A DNA stretch of 58,505 nt, from positions 1-58,505 of the forward strand of contig JAQTTC010000001.1 of the NCBI GenBank assembly GCA_028711005.1. Direction: 5' to 3'. Positions 48,930 through 56,049 of the stretch are shown here, piece by piece. The first letter of the stretch is position 1, and the number at the start of each line of letters is the position of its first letter. The translations under genes were made by a program, and so were the position numbers. Below the pieces are notes generated by a model. The model saw only the letters and a program-made list of their open reading frames with translations. It made no database searches and was not told the origin of the DNA. This DNA comes from Minisyncoccota bacterium (GTDB lineage Bacteria; Patescibacteriota; Minisyncoccia; UBA6257).

Positions 48930-48947
48930 TTCTTATAAAAAAATTTT

Positions 48948-49202
48948 CTAAGGAAGAATTAAATAAACCTCATCACCTTCTCTTACTTTTTCGTCTACTT
49001 TTAACCCAATTGCATCTCCTTTTTTTGCTTTTTCTACATCAACACGATCGATTTGCATAGAAGTAATGTCTTGCTCAAAATCAGTATTATGACCTTTAAT
49101 ATGAATCTTATCGCCTATTTTAATTTCTCCTGTTAATTCAATAATAGCAACTTGAATCTTACTAAAATAATGAGTAATTTTACCAATAAGTTTTTCTTCC
49201 AT
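48948..49202 (-). CDS. EF-Tu domain-2-like beta-barrel protein (translation elongation factor-like)
   Basis: 84 aa. The pattern 'IGKITHYFSKIQVAIIELTGEIKIGDKIHIKG...KGDAIGLKV...REGDEVY' recalls the translation-factor domain II barrel. Confidence 0.45.
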   Translation of the reverse strand: MEEKLIGKITHYFSKIQVAIIELTGEIKIGDKIHIKGHNTDFEQDITSMQIDRVDVEKAKKGDAIGLKVDEKVREGDEVYLILP

Positions 49203-49375
49203 AATAATTTATATAATTTAATAATTTAATCGACCTTATAAAATAATATCATAAAAAGAGCTTAATAAAAAGATATCTTTTTCCTTTTATAGTACCAAAT
49301 ACCCAACCAAACCACTTTTTGAATAAACCATTACTTTCACGGCCTTATCAATACTTTAGTCTATTTATGGTAATC

Positions 49376-49402
49376 AAAAAAAGCCCCAAAAAGGGGCTTT
49401 TT
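49376..49402 (-). terminator. Rho-independent terminator downstream of rpsT (symmetrical, potentially bidirectional)
   Basis: aaaaaaaGCCCCaaaaaGGGGCttttt: GC stem 49383-49387/49393-49397 extendable by A-U pairs, a 5-nt loop and T/A runs on both sides. Lies 16 nt after the rpsT stop. Confidence 0.7.
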
Positions 49403-49417
49403 ATTATTAATCTATAA

Positions 49418-49684
49418 TTATTTCTTTTCTTTCTTTAGTTTTTTTGTTAGTCTTGATTTTTCTCGACTAGTTTTATTCTTTTTCATTAAATTAGTTTTTG
49501 CTGCCTTATCTAAGATTTTATATAGCTGGGATTCCATCTTTTTTGCTTCGTCTATTTTTCCATTTTCAATAAGCTTTAAAAATTCCTTCTTTGTTTTTTT
49601 AAAGACGGTCATTCTTCTTAAATTAGATTTTCTATTACGAGAATTCTTTTTTATAGATTGTTTTGCAGATTTAGTAATCGGCAT
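49418..49684 (-). CDS. rpsT: 30S ribosomal protein S20
   Basis: 'MPITKSAKQSIKKNSRNRKSN...LDKAAKTNLMKKNKTSREKSRL'. Start trimmed to M31 of the track ORF (cat at 49682-49684), because the track's N-terminus overlaps holA. Confidence 0.85.
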   Translation of the reverse strand: MPITKSAKQSIKKNSRNRKSNLRRMTVFKKTKKEFLKLIENGKIDEAKKMESQLYKILDKAAKTNLMKKNKTSREKSRLTKKLKKEKK

Positions 49685-49688
49685 ATGA

Positions 49689-50654
49689 TTATTTGTTAAT
49701 TGCTTTGACAGTATTACATTTTTTATTAAAAAAATCAACCAAGAACATTTCCAAACCCATCCTACCCTCAACACTCCCGCCTTTTATTCTCCTATCATAA
49801 TATAGAAGATCTTCATATACTAACTTTAATACTTCAAAAGAAATTATCTTGGATAAAGGTAATAATTTTCTAAAAACATATGGATGGATCGATGCTGGCT
49901 TGGTTGAACTTGTTTTAATCATTAATAAATTACGTATTTGAAAAATAATCATTTTAAGAATATACAAAGGATGGAGTCCTTGATTTATCAATGTTTCTAG
50001 TAGCAAAAAGGCTTTTTTATTATTACCTTGAATTAAGTAATCTAAAAAAATAAAAATAGTACTAGTTACTGGCAAAAATAAATTATTTTCAACAGTTTCT
50101 CTGTCAAAATTTCCTTTTTTAACTAAAGAAAGCTTTTTCAAAGAATGGTAAATTGATCCAGTGTCTGAAGAAAAACTAAACATTATTACTTGACGAGCTT
50201 CTGAAGAAAGCCTAATTCCAAGTTTTTGTTCTTCTTTCATTATCCATTTTTCTAATTCACTTCTTACTAGCAAAGGAAATTCTTTCATCCCTTTTGCTTT
50301 TTGCTTAAACCATTTTTGCAGAGAGCTAACAGGAACTTGATCGTCTTCATAAATAATAATCATCAAATCTTTTACTTTATCCGCTTCTTGATTTTTAAGA
50401 ATTTCCAAAAAATCATTGCGAAAGTGAATATCTGTGTTTTTAAAAATATTTTTTATTGCCACTGAACGACTATTAGCAAAAAGTGTATTACTTTTAAGAA
50501 TGTTTTCTAAAACAGAAATATTAGGAATTTCAGAGTCTTTATCAGAAAAATCATAATAAAAAAAAGAAGGAGTTTTACTTTGATAAAACTCTTTTACTTG
50601 TAAAAAATATCTTTGAGAACGGAAAGAATCTTTACCGTAAATAAAATATATCAT
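49689..50654 (-). CDS. holA: DNA polymerase III delta subunit
   Basis: 'IYFIYGKDSFRSQRY' N-terminus, the usual ~320-aa length and helical C-terminal domains. Start trimmed to M30 (cat at 50652-50654), just after the mutM stop. Confidence 0.6.
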   Translation of the reverse strand: MIYFIYGKDSFRSQRYFLQVKEFYQSKTPSFFYYDFSDKDSEIPNISVLENILKSNTLFANSRSVAIKNIFKNTDIHFRNDFLEILKNQEADKVKDLMIIIYEDDQVPVSSLQKWFKQKAKGMKEFPLLVRSELEKWIMKEEQKLGIRLSSEARQVIMFSFSSDTGSIYHSLKKLSLVKKGNFDRETVENNLFLPVTSTIFIFLDYLIQGNNKKAFLLLETLINQGLHPLYILKMIIFQIRNLLMIKTSSTKPASIHPYVFRKLLPLSKIISFEVLKLVYEDLLYYDRRIKGGSVEGRMGLEMFLVDFFNKKCNTVKAINK

Positions 50655-50656
50655 AC

Positions 50657-51493
50657 TTATTTTTTTTGACACCGAGGACAGTAAAAAGTAGAACGACCTT
50701 TTTGTGAAGCTTTTTTTATCAAGGTTTTGCAACGAGGGCATTTTTCCTGATGATAAACCTTGATCATCTTTCCATAATTTCCAAAATTTCCTTGCGTGTC
50801 TCTATACATTTCATCAGCAATAGTAGAACCTTTTAATTTTATCGCTTTTAACAAAATTCTCTTTATTGCTTTATAAATCTTTTTCTTTTCCCCTAGAGTC
50901 AACAAATTAATATCTTTAAAAGGATTCACTCTCGCCTCCCATAAAATCTCATTTGCATAAATATTTCCAATCCCGGCAATAACATTTTGATTCATTAAAA
51001 CCTCTTTAATTGCACCTTTCTTTTTTTTATCTAGTGCTTCATTAAATTTCTGGAAAGTAAAATTATTAGCTAAAGGATTCAATCCTAATTCTTTAATTTC
51101 TTTCAAATCTTTTATCTTTTCTGTCTTTTCTAAGATAATTTTTGCAAATTTTCTTAAGTCAGAAAGAGCTAATATCTTGTTATCATTTAACTCAAGTTTA
51201 AAATGAATATATGGATCTTTAGAAATAAATTCTTCTGTTCCTACTAATATTCTACCTGTCAATTTTAAATGGATTAAACAAGTCCAACCATCGCTTAAAT
51301 TAATTATAATATTTTTACCTTTTCTACCAACTTTTAAGATTGTCTTACCTTTAATTATTTCCTTAAATTTATGCTCACTAATTTTATCTCTTAATAGTTT
51401 TGGCCACCCAAACCAAGCTTTCTTAATTTTAAAACCTTTAACTTTTCTATTTAATTGACGAGTAATAGTTTCTACCTCTGGTAATTCAGGCAT
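50657..51493 (-). CDS. mutM: Formamidopyrimidine-DNA glycosylase (Fpg/MutM)
   Basis: Catalytic N-terminus 'MPELPEVETI', H2TH 'LMNQNVIAGIGNIYANEILW' and a C-terminal zinc finger 'CPRCKTLI...STFYCPRCQ'. Confidence 0.9.
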   Translation of the reverse strand: MPELPEVETITRQLNRKVKGFKIKKAWFGWPKLLRDKISEHKFKEIIKGKTILKVGRKGKNIIINLSDGWTCLIHLKLTGRILVGTEEFISKDPYIHFKLELNDNKILALSDLRKFAKIILEKTEKIKDLKEIKELGLNPLANNFTFQKFNEALDKKKKGAIKEVLMNQNVIAGIGNIYANEILWEARVNPFKDINLLTLGEKKKIYKAIKRILLKAIKLKGSTIADEMYRDTQGNFGNYGKMIKVYHQEKCPRCKTLIKKASQKGRSTFYCPRCQKK

Positions 51494-51508
51494 AAATACG
51501 TTTTAAAA

Positions 51509-52825
51509 TTACTGGGAAGGAATGTAGTCAGGATCTATTGGCAAGGAAAATGTAAAGAGAGACCCTCTCTTTAATGCCGATTTAACCCAAATTTTTCCAC
51601 CATGTCTCTCAATAATATTTTTAGCTAGATAAAGTCCTAAACCAATTCCACTTGTTTGATCTTTCAAAGCTGCCTGAGATCTGAAGAATTTAGTGAATAG
51701 TCGCTGTAAATCTTCTGGTGAAATTCCAACCCCTGTATCTTCAACTGAAATTAAAATAAATGGTTTATCATCCATTGGATCGATCCTAATTCTTATCTCT
51801 CCGTTTTTAACATTATACTTTACAGCATTATCAACTAAAATTTCTAAAACTAATTTTATTCTTAAAGGATCCATTACAAAAGGCTTCAGCCCAAAGCTAG
51901 GACGATGAAATATTAATTTAATATTATCTTTTTGAGCTACTGGTTCAAACTTAGTTAATGTTTCTTCAATAATTTTTTCTAAATCAGAGATAATAAATTG
52001 AAAACCAAACCTCCCCTCTTCAATCTGAGCAACATTTAATAAATCCTCTACTGTTTTTAAACTTTCTTTTAACGCTTTTTGACCATCATTTAATAGTTTT
52101 TCTTGTTCAGCAGTCAAAGAACCTGTTTCTTCATTAGCCAAAATTTCTAAAATCCAAGCTAACCCAGACATTGGAGTGCGCAACTGATGAGCAACAATAG
52201 TAATAAAATCTGATTGGGTCTTTTTTAACATCTCTTCTTTAGTCAAATCATGAATTATTCTTAGAAAACCATAGGTTTTCCCTTTTTCATCAATAACTTT
52301 AGTTGTTACTATTTCTAGAATTGATTCCCTGGGTTGAAAAAACTTTATTTTAATCTTTTCTGGATAAGTATCTACTGTTTTTTCTAAAACCATCGGAGCT
52401 AAACTTGGAAAAATTAATTTAGTTAAAACGCCATAATGAGGATCATTGCTTAATTCTGGGGTAATAATTTTTCCAATCAATTCTTTTTTATTTAAACCTA
52501 AAAACTTTTCCATTGCTCCATTGACTAAAACAATTTCAAAATTCTGACCATAAGAAATTGCTGGGTCATCGATACTACCTATAATCGCATTTATTTGGTT
52601 TCTTTCCATATTCAAGCGTTCAGCACTATCAACTGCATTCAATAAAATAATCCCTATAACAGAATAAAAAGCTGATAATCCTAAGCTAATAATTAAATTC
52701 AGGGGCCAATCAACCCAGAAAAAATTAAAAACTATTTGGGTAATAAGAATTCCACCAAAAAACCAAAAAACTAATAACTGTGATGAAAAAAAATGTTTTC
52801 TTAATTTTTGAAAAAATTTAAACAT
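51509..52825 (-). CDS. Sensor histidine kinase (2 TM + PAS + HisKA + HATPase_c)
   Basis: H-box 'FITIVAHQLRTPMSGL', N-box 'LVDNAVKYN', G1 'VEDTGVGI' and G2 'GIGLGLYLAK'. Confidence 0.85.
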   Translation of the reverse strand: MFKFFQKLRKHFFSSQLLVFWFFGGILITQIVFNFFWVDWPLNLIISLGLSAFYSVIGIILLNAVDSAERLNMERNQINAIIGSIDDPAISYGQNFEIVLVNGAMEKFLGLNKKELIGKIITPELSNDPHYGVLTKLIFPSLAPMVLEKTVDTYPEKIKIKFFQPRESILEIVTTKVIDEKGKTYGFLRIIHDLTKEEMLKKTQSDFITIVAHQLRTPMSGLAWILEILANEETGSLTAEQEKLLNDGQKALKESLKTVEDLLNVAQIEEGRFGFQFIISDLEKIIEETLTKFEPVAQKDNIKLIFHRPSFGLKPFVMDPLRIKLVLEILVDNAVKYNVKNGEIRIRIDPMDDKPFILISVEDTGVGISPEDLQRLFTKFFRSQAALKDQTSGIGLGLYLAKNIIERHGGKIWVKSALKRGSLFTFSLPIDPDYIPSQ

Positions 52826-52858
52826 ATTTTATATAAAACACCTTGAAGAATATTTAAA

Positions 52859-55495
52859 TTAATAATCCAATTTTTTCATTTCTCCCCATGTTGTTCCTAT
52901 TCTAATATCTGCTCTTAAGGGAACTGTTAATTGAGCTGCATTTTCCATTGCTTCTTTTAAACAAGGGGATATATCATTTATTATCTCAGATTTAACCTCT
53001 AGTATCAACTCATCATGAATCTGCAATAATATCTTTACTTTCTCTTCAAAACGCTCTTCATTAGCAAGTTTTTGTATTCTAATCATTGCCATTTTAATAA
53101 TATCTGCTGCCAATCCTTGAATTGGCATATTTAAAGCTATTCTTTCTTGCTCCTTAGCTGTACGACCGAAACCACCTAGCAAAGGTAAGTATCTTTTACG
53201 ACCAAAAAGAGTTTCTACATAACCTGTTCTTTTTGCTTTATCTAAAACATCGTCCAGATATTTTTTTAATCCTGAAAACTTAGAAAAATATTTTTCTCTA
53301 AAAATTTTTGCTTCTTTTAAAGAGATTGATGCAGTTTCGGCAAAAGCCTTGTTTCCCATTCCATAAATAATTCCAAAATTTAAAGCTTTAGCTTGGTTTC
53401 TCATTTCAGATGTTACTTCTTTTTCAGGGATATTATGAACATAACTAGCAGTAGCTAGATGAATATCCTTATCCTGACTAAATATTTTTATCATCTTTTC
53501 ATCTTGAGAAAGATGAGCTGCTAATCTTAATTCTATCTGAGAATAATCTAAAGAGACTAAAAGACAAGATTTTTCAGAAATAAAAGTTTTTCTTACTTGT
53601 TTTCCAATATCACCTTTTTGAGGAATATTTTGTAAATTAGGTTTTTCAGAAGAAAGACGACCAGTGGCTGTCCCTGTTTGATTCCAAATTGCATGAATCC
53701 TTTGTGTTTTTTCATTGATAAAGCCTGGTAAAACTTTAAGAAAAGAATTTCTTAATTTTTCTATTTTCCGATATTGAATAAATAAGGGTACTATTGAATG
53801 ATCGTTTGCTATCTTTAAAAGCTCATTTACATTAGTTGATATTTTTTTAGTAGATGTTTTTTTAAGATTTTTTGAAGAAATTCCTAGTTCTTCAAATAAA
53901 ATCATTGCTAATTGCTGTGGTGAATTAATATTAAATTCCTTTCCTGCTAATTGGTAGATCTGTTTTTCCAAGTTAGTTATTTCTTTTGTAGTTTCTTTTA
54001 ATAGCTTATCTAAACAACTTTGATCTACTAAAATACCATTTCTTTCCATTGGGGAAATAACAGGTATTAAAGGTTTTTCTATCTTATTCCAAATACCTTC
54101 TAGTTCCAAAGAAACCATTTTTTCTTGTATTACTTTCCAGAGCGGAATTAATTTAGCTAAAGAATTCTCAAAAGAATCTTCTGCCTCTTGTCTTAAAAAG
54201 AATTTCCCAAGTGAATTAATTTTATAATTTTTTCTATCAGGGTCTATTAACCAAGCTTGTATTTTGATATCTTCAAATAAAAATGAAGAAAATTCTTCTA
54301 CTTCCTCAAAGATAGTTTTTGTTTCAAAACTAATTAACGTTTTCTTTGACCAATTAATTTTAAGCTCAAAAAAATCTTTAAATAACTTTTTAGGAAGATA
54401 AAATAAACTATCATCTAAAAAACTAATTCCTAATCCTTTTGTCTCTCTCTCCCCCCACCTTTCTCCTTGAGTATCCAAAAAAATTCCAATTAATTTTTCC
54501 TGGGTAATTTTCTCATTTAACTTTTCTAAATCTGAAATAGCGTTAATAATCTTCAAAGAAACTTTTTTTTGATTTACAACTTTTTTTTCTGAAGAATCAA
54601 ATATTTTTGAAACTAAACTATGAAACCCTAATTTTCCTAATAAAGAAATTAATTTTTCTTTATCAGGAATTTCAAATTCAGCTTGTTTTAAAGTAAAATC
54701 TAGAGGTATATTTTTTTCAATTAATACTAAGTGACGACTAAAATAAGCTTGTTCTTCAAAATCCTTTAATTTTTTGAAAATTCTTGGAGATATTTTTGCT
54801 TTTTTATTATTTAAAGACAGTTCCTTAGTCGATTCTACCTCTTTCAATTGTTGGTATAGATTATCTAATGTACCAAAGGTTTTGATTAATTCCTGAGCAG
54901 TTTTTTCACCAACAGAAGGCACTCCTGGTACATTATCAGAAGGATCACCTCTTAAAGCTTTCCAGTCTATTAATTGCTCAGGTTCTATTTCAAATCTTTC
55001 TTTAACCTTTTCTATATCATAAATAAATCTATCTTGAAGACCTCGACGAAAAGTATAGACAGAAACTTTTTCATTAACTAGCTGAAGAGTATCTAAATCT
55101 CCAGTAACAATAACACATTCAACGTTTTTGTCTTTTATTGTTTCAACCACACTTCCAATAATATCATCTGCCTCATACCCTTCTTTTTCTAAAATCGGCA
55201 CTCCAAATTCTTTTAATAAATTTTTGATTATTTGAATTTGTTCATAAAAATTATCTGGCATTTTTTCTCTCTTCGCCTTGTACTCTTTATATTCTTTATG
55301 ACGAAAAGTAGGGGCAGCCATATCAAAAGTCGCAAGAACATAATCAGGATTTAAATCTTTAAGCATTCTTAAAAAAATCAGCATAAAACCATAGACACCA
55401 TTAACTAAAACACCTTCAGGTGATGTTAATGGAGGTAAAGCATGATAGGAGCGATGTGCCAAAGCATAAGAATCAATTATTGCTATTTTTTTCAT
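52859..55495 (-). CDS. polA: DNA polymerase I (5'-nuclease + degenerate 3'-5' exo-like + family A polymerase)
   Basis: 5'-nuclease 'GYEADDIIG' and 'LRGDPSDNVPGVPSVGEKTA'. Polymerase motif A 'LVSLDYSQIELRLAAHLS', motif B 'RNQAKALNFGIIYG' and motif C 'LQIHDELILEV'. Confidence 0.95.
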   Translation of the reverse strand: MKKIAIIDSYALAHRSYHALPPLTSPEGVLVNGVYGFMLIFLRMLKDLNPDYVLATFDMAAPTFRHKEYKEYKAKREKMPDNFYEQIQIIKNLLKEFGVPILEKEGYEADDIIGSVVETIKDKNVECVIVTGDLDTLQLVNEKVSVYTFRRGLQDRFIYDIEKVKERFEIEPEQLIDWKALRGDPSDNVPGVPSVGEKTAQELIKTFGTLDNLYQQLKEVESTKELSLNNKKAKISPRIFKKLKDFEEQAYFSRHLVLIEKNIPLDFTLKQAEFEIPDKEKLISLLGKLGFHSLVSKIFDSSEKKVVNQKKVSLKIINAISDLEKLNEKITQEKLIGIFLDTQGERWGERETKGLGISFLDDSLFYLPKKLFKDFFELKINWSKKTLISFETKTIFEEVEEFSSFLFEDIKIQAWLIDPDRKNYKINSLGKFFLRQEAEDSFENSLAKLIPLWKVIQEKMVSLELEGIWNKIEKPLIPVISPMERNGILVDQSCLDKLLKETTKEITNLEKQIYQLAGKEFNINSPQQLAMILFEELGISSKNLKKTSTKKISTNVNELLKIANDHSIVPLFIQYRKIEKLRNSFLKVLPGFINEKTQRIHAIWNQTGTATGRLSSEKPNLQNIPQKGDIGKQVRKTFISEKSCLLVSLDYSQIELRLAAHLSQDEKMIKIFSQDKDIHLATASYVHNIPEKEVTSEMRNQAKALNFGIIYGMGNKAFAETASISLKEAKIFREKYFSKFSGLKKYLDDVLDKAKRTGYVETLFGRKRYLPLLGGFGRTAKEQERIALNMPIQGLAADIIKMAMIRIQKLANEERFEEKVKILLQIHDELILEVKSEIINDISPCLKEAMENAAQLTVPLRADIRIGTTWGEMKKLDY

Positions 55496-55501
55496 AATAT
55501 A

Positions 55502-55975
55502 TCAATCAAATTTTTCAGGAATATTAAATTCTAATATCCTTTCCTTGTTTCCGACTACCTTAAATTTTATTGTAAAACGATGCTTTGATAAAACTTCTTT
55601 GATTCTATCTCCCCATTCAACAAAAATTAAATTCTCTGGATCCTCAGTAACCTCAAGAAAACCTAACTCTTTAATGTCTTTAATTTTTTTAAGACGATAA
55701 CAATCTAAATGCCATAGTGTTTTAAAAGGTTTTTTCCGAATCAAAGGAAAGCTTTTCATTATTAAAAAAGTAGGACTAAAAATCCTTTCTTTTAATTGCA
55801 AAAATTTAGCTACTCCTTTAAGAAATTCTGTTTTACCGCTTCCTAATGATCCTTCTAGAGAAACAATTAAAGCTTCCTGCTCTTTGAAATTTCTTTGCCT
55901 TAAAACAGATTCAGTAAAAAAGCTGGCTATTTTTTGAGTTTCTTCTGGGCTTTCACTAATAACTTTGATTTTCAT
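55502..55975 (-). CDS. tsaE: tRNA t6A37 biosynthesis ATPase TsaE (YjeE)
   Basis: 'LEGSLGSGKTEFLKGVAKFL', 'SPTFLIM', 'WHLDCYRL' and 'VEWGD'. Confidence 0.85.
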   Translation of the reverse strand: MKIKVISESPEETQKIASFFTESVLRQRNFKEQEALIVSLEGSLGSGKTEFLKGVAKFLQLKERIFSPTFLIMKSFPLIRKKPFKTLWHLDCYRLKKIKDIKELGFLEVTEDPENLIFVEWGDRIKEVLSKHRFTIKFKVVGNKERILEFNIPEKFD

Positions 55976-56049
55976 TAATTTATTTTATCATGAATTTATG
56001 CTTTTCTAAAGAACACTTGAATGATATAATAAAATTATATAATAAAAAC

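Noticed and set aside
49267-49282. 16-nt perfect palindrome AAAAAGATATCTTTTT upstream of the EF-Tu-domain-like gene
   Set aside because: It could be an operator or a weak hairpin. It is entirely A/T apart from a GATATC core, occurs in very AT-rich intergenic DNA and is not repeated elsewhere in the window, so it may well be chance.
56022-56043. Extended -10-like TGATATAAT (56022-56030) and a second TATAAT (56038-56043) upstream of the pilB-like gene
   Set aside because: These are plausible promoter elements, and the second would imply a nearly leaderless mRNA. However, TATAAT-like hexamers are expected by chance in this composition, and no convincing -35 element accompanies them.
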